Source of the DNA: Octopus vulgaris | Lineage: Eukaryota | Reading direction: 5' to 3' | Length of the DNA stretch: 64,000 nt | Assembly (NCBI GenBank): GCA_951406725.2 | Contig: OX597826.1 | Location: 31,000,001-31,064,000 of the forward strand | Shown: in pieces, positions 1-13,846 of the stretch | Position numbering within the stretch: position 1 is the stretch's first letter | How the letters are laid out: the number at the start of each line of letters is the position of its first letter | Made by a program: the position numbers and the translations under genes | The notes under the pieces: model-generated | The model's input: only the letters and a program-made list of their open reading frames with translations | The model's database searches: none | Told to the model about the DNA's origin: nothing

Positions 1-344
1 GTGTGTGTGTGTGTGTGTGTGAGAGAGAGATAGAGAGAGAGAGAGATAAACACGGCCCCGTTAATTAAAAAAGGGGATTAAGACGCGACTAATCTTAGTT
101 TCAAACAAGCAGCTGTGGTTGTTTGAAGAATCCAGATAATGAAACAAGCTTGAGTGATAGACTGGCTGGCTGGTTGGCTGGCTGGCGGGAGATCTGGCTG
201 GCAGGTTGGCTGGCTGGTTGGCTGGCTGGCTTTGTGTGTTTATCTGTCTATCTGTCTGTCTGTCTGACTGGGTGTAATATTGACCTTGAGTGTACTGCTT
301 GAACTTCGTCCGTGCATAAGACGGTTTGAGATGCAACGGACATT

Positions 345-690
345 CTTTTCTACTCTAGGCACAAGGCGGGAAATTTTGGATGAGGTGGGGCCAGTCGATT
401 AGATCGGCCCTATTCCGCAACTGGTACTTAATTTATCGACCCCGAAAGGATGAAAGGCAAAATCGACCTCGGCGGAATTTGAACACAGAACGTAGCGAAT
501 ATTGTCAGCGCACTGGACAAAACGCTTAGCAGCATTTCGCCAGGATCTTTCTTTATGTTCTGAGTTCAAATCCCGCCAAAGTCGACTTTTGTCGATAAAA
601 CAAAGTACCAATGAAATACTACGGGCAATGTAATCGATTTTCTATGACCCCTTGAAATTGCTGGCTTTGTACCAAAATTTGAAATCACCA
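345..690. mobile_element. Head-to-head pair of SINE family A. Other A copies: 1180-1392(+), 1800-1912(-), 4808-5028(-), 5065-5268(-), 6610-6740(-), 7978-8270(-), 13908-14102(+), 32200-32403(-), 53512-53755(-), 60054-60220(+), 63928-64000(+)
   Basis: All share GAGTTCAAATTCCGCCGAGGTCGACTTTGCCTTTCATCC or its reverse complement at varying divergence. Confidence 0.8.
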
Positions 691-2074
691 CTGCCGCCAC
701 CGCAGCTGTTGTTGCTGTTGTTGTTGTCGTTTTCGCCCTTGTTGTTGTTGTTTATCTCTAGATCTACTCAGATTAAACAAATCTATTAATATATTAATTT
801 ATAAAATATATTCCAAACCTCTCAATCCAGATTTTTCTTTCTTTTGTTCATACATAATGTACCTAGTACTGTATCATCAAATTTGTCCTTCATTTTTAAG
901 GATGACAAGATGTGATATAAGAGAAGTTTGGCTGGTTTTACTGAACAAGCTAAATTACTTCATTGAGGGCACCCTCTTTAGATCGTAATACACACGAGGC
1001 GGTGAAACACTTGGTTTAATTAACATCCTACTACCCGCAAACTGTGACCATAAGAATACATTATAAATAATTATTATGGGGAGGGGGTAAATTTCTTCTT
1101 TTATTTTGGCCTCTCTTCTTCACTCAACGAATTGATACAAATCAAGAATCTATTCTTATTATTTCTGGTGTTATTCTGAAGGCAGTGAGCTGGTAGAATC
1201 ATTAGATCGTCGTGTAAAATGCTTAACGTAATTTCTTTCGTTTATTTATGTTCTAGGTTCAAATCCCACAGATTTTAATTTTCCCCCTCATCTTTTTGTG
1301 GTCGACAAAACAAGTACCAGTTAAGAAGAGGGACCGATATAATCGACTTTCTTTTGCCTTTAAAATTGCTTGCATTGTGCCAAGTTTAGAAAGGGAAATA
1401 GTTTTTATGGGTGTTCGATCTTAGTGTGCGGAACTTTCAATCAAAGGCATTACAGCCGCAACCTTCTCACGTTTTCCGATGCCTGAGACTACGTTTTCCA
1501 GTAAGTTCTTCCAGTTTTAGTCAGGAGGAAAGGTTGTGTGTCCTTGACCCTTTATAGGGCCTCCAGGGCTGAAGGGAGGGAATGACGAATATATCCTCAA
1601 ATCAGAGACTTGGCTCAAGTACGTGCAATAAAGTGGGGTCCGCTAAAGGTACCCATGGTAAATCAAGCGCTGGATTAAGAACATCAATATCATGAGATGT
1701 GGACTCAACGCATAAAGAAGCGGAACAAATACCACAAGGCACCAGGTTTGATCTTCTTATATAGTTTCACCAATCCACCACCTTCGATTAATATCTATAT
1801 TATCGATACCGGAAGGATGAAAGGCAAAGTTGACCTTGCCGGAATTTGAACTCAGGGCGAAGAGTGTCGGAACAAGCGTCACGTTTTAACGATTCTGCCG
1901 ATCCTCCGCCAACGGCGGTAAGATATGATATTATGGAATTTAGTTGCTATTATTATCAGGTCGTATGAATGCATACAGCACCCCCACCACTGCTGACTCA
2001 CTGAATACCAGTATTATACTGGAGTCCATTCAATCTACTCTTACACATACCGAATAATGAAAGTGAAAGGCTCT

Positions 2075-2930
2075 TGGTTCTCGTCGTCATCGTTCTCGAT
2101 ATTGTCGTTGTCATTGTCATCACCGTCATCGTTTACATACTTTCCGACGCCATTATCAGTATCCATCTCCTTTTCATCATCATCATCATCACTACTACCA
2201 TTGTCATCATCCTCATCTTCCTTGACTTCAACGTCGTCATCATCATCATCATCGTCGTCGTTGTTGTCGTCGTTATCATCATCATCATTATCGTCATCAT
2301 CATCATCGTCATTGTCTTTGTTGTTGTCGTCGTCATCAATCAGCATCATCATCCTCACTGTCGTTGTTGTCCGTTATCATGTTTCTTACCATCGACCGTT
2401 ATTGTCATCATTTCGACCATCCTTATCACAACAACAGTCGTAGTTATCGTCGTCGTCATCGTCGTCATCACCATCATCATTGCTGTGTATGTCAGCTTCG
2501 TTATTATCAATTTTGCCTTTATCCTCATCCTCATCATCGTCGTCGTCATCATCGTTATTATCATTGTCGCTGTTGTCATTATTATTGCCTTAGTATAACA
2601 ATCTTTGTAATCAGAATAATCGTCATAACCATCGCTCCCTTCATAATCACCATCGCCATTCCCCTCACCATCCCCATCGCCCTTGTCATTGCCATTGCCA
2701 TCACCATCATTATCAACCTCGTCGCCATTTTCATCACTACGGCCGCCATCGTCATCGCCATCATCTTCACCATCGACCTCTTCCTCCTTCTCCTCATCAT
2801 CATCACCTTTACCATCACCGATGCCGCCATCATCGTCGGTGACAACGTCACCACCACCAACCTGATCGCCTGCATCATCATCATCATCATCATGATGGCC
2901 GCCGCCGCCGCCGCCGCCGCCATTGTCATC
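2075..2930. repeat. Cryptic (CAT/CGT/CAC/GCC)n trinucleotide low-complexity field
   Basis: Open in most frames on both strands, giving homopolymeric peptides. Confidence 0.9.
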
Positions 2931-2989
2931 GTTTCCAGCTGTCAGGTTAGAAGTAAGATGGATGTTAACTGTCGTCAGGAATGACTCAC

Positions 2990-3032
2990 GGAGAGAGTCA
3001 TTAAATAGTTTCACAGCATCCGTCAACATCGT
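2990..3032 (-). CDS. Candidate 43-nt internal exon (TMLTDAVKLFNDSL)
   Basis: Polypyrimidine acceptor cctctccgtgttcttccttcag and donor gtgagt around a non-repetitive island between repeats; no partner exon identified. Confidence 0.45.
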
Positions 3033-3499
3033 CTGAAGGAAGAACACGGAGAGGAGGAGGAGGAGGCGGAGGAGCGGAGGGAGTGACAGGTGCGGAGGGT
3101 TTAGTTTAAAGGGGCTGGCAATAATAGGGAGCAGGTTGTAATAGGGAACTGGTAGTAATAGGGATCGTGTGTGACACTTAAATAAACGAATCACTGATCC
3201 TAGATTTAATTTGGTAATGTCCCCTTTCTTTCCAACTTGATGATTTATGGCGGACAGATATAACACGCCAACAAAAGCTACACCGTATTTGTAGAAGTAT
3301 GCATGTGTGAGACCGTGTGTGTGTGTGTGTATGAGTGTGTGTGTGCGCGCGCGAGCGTGTGTGATGGGGACATTTATGACGGACAAATACATGTCAACAA
3401 ATGCACATTGTATTCATGTGTGTGAGTGTGTGTGAGTATGTACATGCGCAATGTGCCTCTAAGGACGTTTGTATATGTGTGTGTGTTTGCGAGTGTGTG

Positions 3500-3540
<41 letters not shown>

Positions 3541-3934
3541 TTGTGTGTGTATGTATGTATGTATTAGTGTGTGTATTTTTGTATAGCATGTGTATTTTTG
3601 TATAGCGTGTGTATACATGTGTATATGTGTGTGTATTTGTGTAGCTGTGTGTGTGTGTGTGTGTAGTTCTGTGCGTATTTGTGCATCGTATGTAATAGCC
3701 GTTGCATGTCTGTGTATGATGCAGCGTATGTATGCACTTGTGCGAAGTGTATGCGTCTGCATATGTTTGCATGTTTGTGTACGTGTATTATCTTGTATCT
3801 GTGTGTTGTGACCGCTTATGGAAGGTTTGGAGGACCACTCTCTTCACCATCTGTATGAGTGAGAAAACATTAAATGACATGCTGAATTTGAAGGTGATGG
3901 TAGAAATGATAATAATAATAATAATAATCCCAGG

Positions 3935-4473
3935 GACTAGTCGATTACATCGACCCCAGTGTTTCATTGGTACTTATTTTACCGGCCCCTAAAGGATGAA
4001 AGGCAAAGTCGACCTCGGCGGAATTTCAACTCGGAACGTAGCGGCAGACGAAATACCTATTTCTTTACTACCCACAAGGGGCTAAGCACAGAGAGGACAA
4101 ACAAGGACAGACAAACGGATTAAGTCGATTATATCAACCCCAGTGCGTAACTGGTACTTAATTTATCGACCCCAAAAGTATGAAAGGCAAGGTCGACTTC
4201 GACGGAATTTGAACTCAGAACGTAACGGTAGACGAAATACCTATTTCTTTATAACCCACAAGGGGCTAAACATAGAGGGGACAAACAAGGACAGACAACC
4301 GGATTAAGTCGATTACATCGACCCCAGTGCGTAACTGGTTCTTAATTTATCGATCCCGAAAGGATGAAAGGCAAAGTCGACCTCGGCGGAATTTGAACTC
4401 ACAATGTAACGGCAGACGAAATACGGCTACGCATTTCGCCCGGCGTGCTAACGGTTCTGTCAGCTCGCCGCCT
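3935..4473 (-). mobile_element. SINE family A (tRNA head, central GCCTTTCATCCTTTCGGGGTCGATAAA..GTACCAG domain), tandem trimer
   Basis: Head GGCGGCGAGCTG..AGAA.CGTTAG, B box GAGTTCAAATTCC, about 183-bp period. The central domain resembles the Meta/MESC SINE domain (from recall). Confidence 0.9.
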
Positions 4474-4756
4474 TAATAATAATAACGATAACGATAATAA
4501 TAATAATGATGATTTCATTCGTTTGCCACAAGGGTGAAAGCTACAATACAAAGACAGACATAAAGTGTGGGAGTTTACATATAATGAAATGATAAAAATG
4601 AAATAAAATTAAATTAAATTTTTAAAAATGAAAGGAAGACAGAATAAAGCATACACAGTACACACTAAAATAGAAGGGACATATGCATAGCATACAGGGG
4701 TTTTAAAAAAAGTGGCGGGGAGGATGATAGAGATGTAGCCCTCTTGATACACGAAG

Positions 4757-4809
<53 letters not shown>

Positions 4810-5569
4810 GTTTCAGATTTTGGCAGAAGGCCAACAATTTTAAGGGGGAAAGTCTATACCATCGATTTTACTACTCGATTGGTTCTTTACTTTATTGACC
4901 CCCTCCAACCAAAAGGATGAAAGGCAAAACTGAGCTCAACGGAATTTGATCTTAGACCGTAAAGCCAGAAGAAATGAGGCTAAACATTTTATTTAGTGCC
5001 CAAATTACCCTTACCAGCTCGCATCCTCATAATAATAATAATAATGAAAGTAATAATTCTTTTTAATTTTGGCAGCAATTTTGAGGGGAGGGAGTCAAGT
5101 CGATACCATTTGCCACAGTTGTAGACTCGTACTTTACTTTATCGACCCCGAAATGATGAACCGCAAAGTTGAGGGCAGTGGGATTTGAACTGTAAATATA
5201 AACAAGCGGAAGATATGTCGCTAAGCATTTTGTCCGACGCGATAACCATTCTGCTAGCTCGCCACCCTATTAATTCTTTCGAATGTTGGCACAAGACTTA
5301 TAATTTTAGTCAAGCAATTAACACGGCCAACGTGGAGTAATTTCGTCCTGCATTGAAACGCATTCTTAACCGTCATATTATGCTTGACTGCGCTGCTTTT
5401 ATCAACCCACATTATTTTACTTCGGTGTTGATAACCTCAATGTTCGTAATTTTCCATCGAATTGTACTGGGCTCTTTAAGATCAAACTCTGTGCAATGGA
5501 TCGTTATTGTGTAATCCACCACCTCTATTTAGCGCTTAGCGTTGATGGAGCAGATACACCTACGATTAG

Positions 5570-5700
5570 CAACATTCCAGCTGAGGCCATCCTCACATGT
5601 TTATCTGTGATTAAATAATGGTAGCATGTGATTCGAAGGAGATTCGACTGCTATTTCTAGCAGAGCGGGCCACCACTTACAAGCTCCCTCGTTAGCTTGT
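5570..5700 (+). repeat. Old interspersed repeat family E (copies near 750-980, 1935-1985, 7700-7850(-), 31560-31760, 56340-56545, 58345-58555(-))
   Basis: Recurring degenerate ..CATTCCAGC..GACCATCC ... GATTTGGCTGCTATTTCTAGC motifs. Confidence 0.55.
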
Positions 5701-6152
5701 CTTTGCAATGGATGTAGATAAGAGAGGAACAATTGACACTTCCAGATTCGACTGACTGGGCACAAGGTAAGTTTATCAAATAACTTGAAGGAATCTTGTA
5801 GCAGCCTTTACTTTTTAAGATGGACAACCGATTAGAGAATCTTTTCTTCATTTTAATTTTGTGCTGCACTTCACATCGGGTCGTCCATACTCAGTTCCCG
5901 TAGCAGGATAATTTTTCTGTGAGTAAAAGTTATTAACCTCTTGTCGAACCTTTCCACGTCTTTTGGAGAAATAGATGCTTTCCACAGCGCAATTTAGCTG
6001 ATCCAGAAAGAAAGAGAGCGAGGGGGCGGAAACAGAGGGAAGGAGAAAGAATGCGAGAGAGAGAAGTTACGGAGAGAAACAGACAGACAGGCAGAGAGTT
6101 AACACCATTACTGAACTGGTAATTTATTTAACCACTCTAAATGATTACATTC

Positions 6153-6407
6153 GTGATTCTGAACCGGTTTCCATATTACCTTTATGGCTCCATAGAAGAT
6201 TTTGGTGTTACAATTTATCCACAATAAATTGGTTATATTTTTACAATACAAAAAATATTTTAACAATTTTTAGTGTAATTCCTAATAATATTTAATTATA
6301 AAAATACTATAAGATTTTTTTTTACTGATGGAAAGGTTATGAGAGTCCTCACGAGTAAAATAGGAATCAAAAAGGGTCCAGATTTAGAAAAATGGTTGAG
6401 AACCGTA
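6153..6407. mobile_element. Degenerate hAT (Charlie-like) MITE
   Basis: GTGATTCTGAACC ... GGTTGAGAACCG resembles CAGTGGTTCTCAAC-type TIRs; AT-rich interior; no TSD found. Confidence 0.45.
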
Positions 6408-7499
6408 GGGCTACACAGACAGCTTGACAGACAAACGAATAAACAGGGAAGAATCATACAGTTCTGATACTAAACTGGTCTTTACCCACTCTGAAAAGTT
6501 AGACTGACAGGCAGATACGCAGGCAGTTAGACAGTTAGACAAACAGACGATAGATAAATGGACATAGACAGACGACAGACAGATAGAAGAACCAGCCCAG
6601 GTAGTGGGTTGGAACTTTATTTTATCAACGCTAGAAGGTTAAAAGGTAAAGTTGACCACGACGTGATTTGAACTCAGGAGTACGGAGAAGCGGAACAAAT
6701 ACCGCAAGGAAATTTCTCCGATGTTCTAACGACCCCAGCTATAGAAATACGGTTGATGTATGACATTGGATGTCCAGAAATTCATAAGTTACGGTTAGTA
6801 ATGTAGCCACTTGTGTACATAAGACTGCTGAATGTATTGAACAAAAGATATTTTTGTATTTATTACAATTCAATATGGCCGCCAATACAATCTTTCGCGA
6901 TCACGTGTTACACCATCATCAAGATTAAAATCTTTTCTCTCTCCATGTAGGAACAAAAGAAAGGAACAAACTCGCAAACACACATATACATACAACACTG
7001 CCGTAATACATTCAGTGAAAGAAACCGACAAACATCCAAGAATACATACACATAGATATATATGCACACAAAAGCAAGCGTATACATATATGCGTACATA
7101 GTTACTAGCACACATACATATGTACATACACACGCCATACCTTAAAAAGAAGAAAAATAGCAAGACCGCCATGTTCTCGTTTAATGTTAAAACCAACAAA
7201 AGCCAAGCAATAAAAAGTACTGGAACAGGAAAATCTCTGAAAGGGATTTTTGCCGTGCTTTATGGTGATTCTTTTACGATGATCTCCGAATAAAATGGGA
7301 GAAAAAGAGAGAGAGAGGGATGGGGTGGGGAGAGGGAGAAAGAAAGAACGACAGAGGGAAAGTGAATGATGATAATGACAATTATAACGATGATGATGAT
7401 GGTGGTGACGGTGATGATGATAAGGAAGAGGAAGAGGAGGATATCAAGCCTTTATTCTGCTTGTAGAAACAGCAACATCACCACATACCACACACACAT

Positions 7500-7555
<56 letters not shown>

Positions 7556-8334
7556 ACACTCACACACCGCGACATCTGAGACGTGGACAAACAAAGAAAT
7601 ACCTCCCACCTCGAGAAATATGCACACAACAACAGCAGCAACAATAAGTCACAGTAACAAAAAAACAACCAACAACGACAACAGTGAATCAACGTGTCTC
7701 TACCGGTCACTAGAAATACCAGCTTAATCTCTTTCAAATCTCACTCCCTCCCGTGTTAAAAAATAAAAATTCATATTTGATAAAGTATTCTGGAAAAAAG
7801 CTGGGACGGTCATGGATGGAATGTCTTTACTCTTATAGATCTGCTCCTTGGTGATTGATTAGTCCATGTTGATAACTATCAATTTCTGAATACTGCCGAA
7901 TTGACACCGAGATAGCACTGGTACTTCTATTGTAGAACCGAAAGAGAAAAGAAAACAAAATTAACCCGAATCCATTTGCTTCCAATTTAGGTACAAGGCC
8001 AGCGCCTTTGTGGGGAGAGGGTTCACCGATTAAATCGCCCCAGTATTTCACTGTTACTTTTTCTCATCAACCCAAGGCTGACATCGGTGAGATTTGAAAT
8101 TAAAACAAGATCCTAAGCAAATAACGCTACGCATTTGCATCAATACTCGAATGATTCTACTAGCTTACCACTCCTTTAAAAGCCAGCAAATTTTGAGGGT
8201 GGGGTTTAGTCGATACTATCAACCTCAGTTCATAGTTGCTTCTTTATTTTATCGACTCCAGAGAGATAAACGTTCAGCCAACATGTTTGTTTCTCACACG
8301 TTAACCGGTTTTTTTCTTTATATCTGTTTTCGTA

Positions 8335-8735
8335 GGGCGGCGAGCTGGCAGAATCGTTAGGACGCTAGGCGAAATGCTTAGCGGTATTTCGTCTGCTGTT
8401 ACGTTCTGAGTTCAAATTCCGCCGAGGTCGACTTTGCCTTTCATCCTTTCGGGGTCGATAAATTAAGTGCCAGTTACGCACTGCGGTCGATGCAATCGAC
8501 TTAATCTGATTGTCTGTCCTTGTTTGTCCCCTCTGTGTTTAGCCCCTTGTGGGTAGTAAAGAAATGAGTATTTCATCTGCTGTTACGTTCTAAGTTCAAA
8601 TTCCGCCGAGGTCGACTTTGCCTTTCATCCTTTTGGGGTCAATTAAATACGTACCAGTTACGCACTGGGGTCGATGTAATCGATTTAATCCTTTTGTCCC
8701 CTCTGTTTAGCGCCCTGTGGGCAATAAAGAAATAA
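8335..8735 (+). mobile_element. SINE family A, tandem dimer
   Basis: Full head at 8335; a second headless unit restarts at GTATTTCATCTGC near 8568. Confidence 0.9.
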
Positions 8736-9197
8736 ATATCTGCGTTCGTACCTATTAAATGACATTAGATATGAAATATTAAATCCCGGTGCGAATTCAC
8801 ATCGCCGGTTTAGATTCTACAATTATATCAAAGTCTACAGTATCCACCATATTGAAATCCTGAACTATGGACATATAACTTCATAATCACTACGTATGAA
8901 GGTTTGTGTGTGAATACACACACACACACCAGCACACACAGATATATATTAGTGTGTGTGTGTATGCGTGTATGTGCGTGTGTGTGCATAATCCTTGGAA
9001 AAGTAAGTCTCGAGTTTCACAGACAGCCTGCGAATTATTTCACGTTCTCTTGAAGTTTCTAACTTGTTATGGTATCAACTAAACCAGCATTACTACCAAG
9101 CCTGCTGTGTGTGAAGGGTGCTTTATTGGTATTCTGAGGGATGAAAAACTAAACACAGATTAGGCACACTCAGATGAATTAACGGACAGTTATTTAC

Positions 9198-9269
<72 letters not shown>

Positions 9270-9389
9270 TGTGTGTGTGTGTGTGGTGATGTTGCTGTTT
9301 CTACCAGCAGAATAAAGGCTTGATATCCTCCTCCTTATCGATAATCGATTAAAGAAAGAAAAGATGGATTTGGTATGAGTCTTTATTTT

Positions 9390-9493
9390 GTACGACGGTC
9401 GTTCCGACTCATCCTACGTCTGTTCCTTATGGGTGGGATGTTGTGCATCATATTGTGTTGTATCAATTTGGCAGTGTGGGTCACATCAGGTAC
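9390..9493 (-). ncRNA. Degenerate hammerhead with 77-nt stem II domain
   Basis: GUAC CUGAUGU GACCC [67 nt] GAGUC GGAA CGACCG UC GUAC AAAATAAA; the inverted partial copy at 9578-9598 reads GGGUC AAAA CGAUCG UC GUAC. Confidence 0.65.
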
Positions 9494-9802
9494 ATTCATA
9501 CAGAAAGTGGCTCGCTAAAGATCTTGAATTCGGGCGGCCCTGCTGTTATTTATCCGCTTCAGTTATAGACGCAGGACGGGTCAAAACGATCGTCGTACAA
9601 AATAAAGACTAATACTAAATCCACAACGCGCTGTGTTCTTGGGCAAAACACTTCATTTCACGTTGCTCCAGTCCACTCAGCTGGCAAAAATGAGTAACGC
9701 TGTGATGGACTGGCGTCCCATCTAGCTGGGGAACACATACGCCTAGAAACCGGGAAACCGGACCCATGAGCCTTGCTAGGTTTTAAAAAGGGCGTATTTA
9801 TT

Positions 9803-9849
<47 letters not shown>

Positions 9850-9871
9850 AATAAACACAATATATCTCTCT

Positions 9872-9950
9872 ATGTACTACTATTAGTTTCATGTGAGCAG
9901 AGCATATCAGACAGTATTTTTTTAATACGTCCTATCACAATCTTCAGGCG
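9872..9950 (-). ncRNA. Hammerhead-like motif with 50-nt stem II (relatives at 63286-63353 and 62965-63020, both minus)
   Basis: CUGAAGA u UGUGA [GGAC GUAUU..AAUAC u GUCU hairpin] UCACA u GAAA CUAAUAG UA; stem I pairs poorly. Confidence 0.55.
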
Positions 9951-11117
9951 CTGCCCACATGGTATAACAAACTAAAAACGGCACGATAGGATGAGAGAAT
10001 AATCTAGAAAAGGCGACAAACCCAGAAGATAGAGAACTCTAATAGAAAAGATTGTGGAGCATTGTTAATCGAGTTTGTGATTAACATTTGCACCAGCTTT
10101 CGTCTTTAAGCCTTTCCCCAAGCCATCAGCACCGACAAACAAATCATTTGTGTGCCTAGCCTGTCAGCTATATATGCGCGCGCGCGCGTGCGTGTGTGTA
10201 CGTGTGTACATGTATATATGTATATATGTATGTATATGTAATATAAAGACAGGATATATAAGATGTAAAAGTTTATTTCACCAACTGACATCCAAACAAC
10301 GACGATCGTTTCGCAGCCTTTATCTTATAATAACAATTTATTTTAGTGTATAATAAATAAATAAATAAATAAATAATATATTTCGTTTTGGGATTTGGTT
10401 TGCAAGATTCTTTATATAAGTTCGTGTGATGAAGCATATTTTGTTGTGTCTGGAGAGAGAGTCATTCTCTTTTTGTGCTTTATAATTTAACACACTCACC
10501 GGTAAAATTTCCACTTATATCTTTTTTATTTTTCTAAACTATTGAAAAGGTTGCAAAACGCACTAAAAGAGAATGACTCTCCCCAGACACAACATATAAT
10601 GAATTATTTTATATTTCTATATTAATACATATATAATATAAACTACATAATTGTAGTATAAAATTTATAAATTAATACAGGTATGTATGTATGTATGTAT
10701 GTATGTATGTATGTATGTATGTATGTATGTATGTATGTATGTATGTATGTATGTATGTATGTATGTAGATGTTTGTATCATGTTCACAGGCAAAGTATCG
10801 TTCTTAGTTCGAGACAATTTGCCAGCATCATTATGGCAAACATGTGTAAATTTCATCAGAAGATTCTGCTATCTCGTTTTGTTGGAAGCTGAAATTAAAT
10901 ATGGCTGATCATTCTTCGATAACAAAAAGGTCAGGCAAATGAAGTTTTATAACAATACATATATATGCGTGTGTGTATGCGTGTGTGTATGTGAAACTGC
11001 ATGTATATGCATGTTGCATGTAAACATATTTTGTCATTATATATAATACATACTTACAAAACGCACACATGTGGATATGTATGTATGTATGTAAGTGTAT
11101 ATGCGTGTATGTGCCTT

Positions 11118-11425
11118 GTTGGTTAGGATATTCGGCTCACGATCGCAATGTCGTGAGTTCAATTTCCGGCGGCGTGATATGTCCTTTAGCAAGACACTTT
11201 ACTTCACTTTGCACTAGTCCATTCAGCTCGCAAAAATGAGTAATACCTGCATTTCAAAGGGCCAGCCTCTTCACATTCTGTGTCACACTGAATCTCTCTG
11301 AGAACTACGTTAAGGGTACACATGTCAGTGAAGTACTCAGCCATTTGCACGTTAATTTCATGAGCAGACTGTTCCGTCGATCAGGGTCAATTGGAACATC
11401 CGTCGTCGTAACCGACGGAGTGCCT
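11118..11425 (+). mobile_element. SINE family B: head + body2 + tail X; further copies at 21100-21421 and 59583-59865
   Basis: Body2 joined to the same TACCTG.ATTTCAAAGGGCC...GTAACCGACGGAGT tail as the 18.1-kb copy. Confidence 0.85.
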
Positions 11426-11643
11426 GTTTATATACACATATTTGTATATGCATATTTACATATATTTGAATATATGTGTGTGTTTGTGTGTTTGTACCAG
11501 TGTCTAGGAATTACCAAATCTATCAACAAGTACATATGCACTACCTTACTAATGGACCACAGATACTCCTAAAAACAGTTATTCGGTTTCTTCATTCGTC
11601 TCTTTTAGTTAAACTTATTCATCATTTGAGATAGGTAATTTTA

Positions 11644-11644
<1 letters not shown>

Positions 11645-11692
<48 letters not shown>

Positions 11693-11723
11693 CATGTTAA
11701 ATCTATATTCTTTATATTGTGAT

Positions 11724-11769
<46 letters not shown>

Positions 11770-11771
11770 GA

Positions 11772-11854
<83 letters not shown>

Positions 11855-11857
11855 TGC

Positions 11858-11894
<37 letters not shown>

Positions 11895-11938
11895 TATATG
11901 CATGCATATATATGTATGTATATATACATTTATATACA

Positions 11939-12001
<63 letters not shown>

Positions 12002-12015
12002 TATATATGTGTATA

Positions 12016-12046
<31 letters not shown>

Positions 12047-12051
12047 GCATA

Positions 12052-12091
<40 letters not shown>

Positions 12092-12434
12092 TTTGTGTCT
12101 CTCCCTCTGTTTCTTATTTCTATTTTCGAATACATTTTTCCCTCTATATTCTTCTTCTTGTTATGCTTGTTCGTCATCGTCATCGTGATCACTGTCGTTA
12201 TTAAATCCGAATTCAGTGTAATTGATTTTCTTTTATTTTTATTTTTATTTTTATTTTTTACTTCTATTTTTATTTTTTTATTTTTTTATTTTTTGTAGTT
12301 TTTCACAACTTTTTCTTTCATGCAATTACAAACATTTTAGCTTTAAATTCTGGAAAATAATGTACGCTCACACACTAACATATAACGTACAAACACATTC
12401 ATCTACACACGCTCCGATATGCGCATGTCTATAA

Positions 12435-12524
<90 letters not shown>

Positions 12525-12692
12525 TGACCTGCTTAATCACACACGTACACACACGTGTATATATGTGTGTGCATGTATGTATGTGTGTCTGCATGCATGC
12601 TTGTGATTGTCAGAGTACGTATGACTATATACACAGAGTAACATGTACATATATATATAAATGTAAACATATGTAAACACATACACATATGC

Positions 12693-12730
<38 letters not shown>

Positions 12731-12865
12731 TGCATATATATATATATGCATATATATATATATGTATGTGTATATGTATATATATATACATATATATATA
12801 CACTCATATGTATATACATATATATATTTATATATAGGTATATATGTATGTCTGTATATATATTC

Positions 12866-12908
<43 letters not shown>

Positions 12909-12910
12909 AG
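11645..12910. repeat. Compound microsatellite region (TA, CA, GA, GATA); representative of dozens of tracts across the window
   Basis: Direct inspection. Other tracts include (GTAT)n 10681-10765, (TCCA)(TCCG)(TCTA)n 20380-20525, (GATA)n 34020-34140 and (GGTA)n 63812-63930. Confidence 0.95.
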
Positions 12911-13131
12911 TGCATGGGTTAATTCATACTCTGTGTCTGTGTCTGAGTGAAATGCCATCCATTAAGAGTCGAGAAAAGACGAGAAATCCAAACCAAGTCG
13001 CTAATTTATCTTGCATCATGCTACACATGTAACCTAAACATGGAAGCTTCCAGATTCTGAGATAAAAATCCTGTTGTGCCGACTTCCAGAACACTTGTAT
13101 GGATTCTCTGAACAGATGAGGAAGTGTGGGA

Positions 13132-13163
<32 letters not shown>

Positions 13164-13187
13164 GTGTTTGTGTGTGTGTGTTTGCGT

Positions 13188-13250
<63 letters not shown>

Positions 13251-13373
13251 GGATCTCGTTAACTTGGCTAAAACGCAGCAGAAACTGTCTCAGAGTTTTG
13301 CCTGGAAGACATATTTCTTTGAAACCAAATGAATTCGTCAAAACGAAATGCATCCACACCCCGCATCTATCTA

Positions 13374-13447
<74 letters not shown>

Positions 13448-13781
13448 AGAGTCAAATCTGGGGGTTGAAACTCTAACGAGAGTACAACGTGTTCTTGTTA
13501 TTAATTGTTCTTGTTTTATTAATTATTATTATCATTATTATTATTAATAGTAGTAGTAGTAGTTGTAGTAGTAGTAGTAGTTGTTGTTGTAGTAGTAGTA
13601 GTAGTAGTACTAGTAGTAGTAGTAGTAGTAGTAATTATAGTAGTAGTAGTAGTAGTCGATTTGACTCAGGTTTGTTCTTATTACTGGTAGAATTTATGTG
13701 GGTAGCAGGTTACTACCTGTAATCTTAGATACCCACAATCTTTTAATAATCTTCCAAGTGCTCTTTCCTGTCCCTAAGAAG

Positions 13782-13846
<65 letters not shown>

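Noticed and set aside
2041-3392. Overlapping poly-D/S/I/M/G ORFs, including the 345-aa minus ORF
   Set aside because: Products of a trinucleotide low-complexity field open in nearly every frame; only the 43-nt exon candidate is kept.
3935-4473. CRISPR-like or satellite array
   Set aside because: Eukaryotic context, whole units are repeated without unique spacers, and no cas genes are present.
5657-6000. Unique-looking ORF fragments
   Set aside because: Stops interrupt each frame, no domain recognised, and the region overlaps an old repeat.
13032-13108. Minus-strand exon candidate
   Set aside because: Acceptor is plausible but the donor is weak and no peptide is recognisable.
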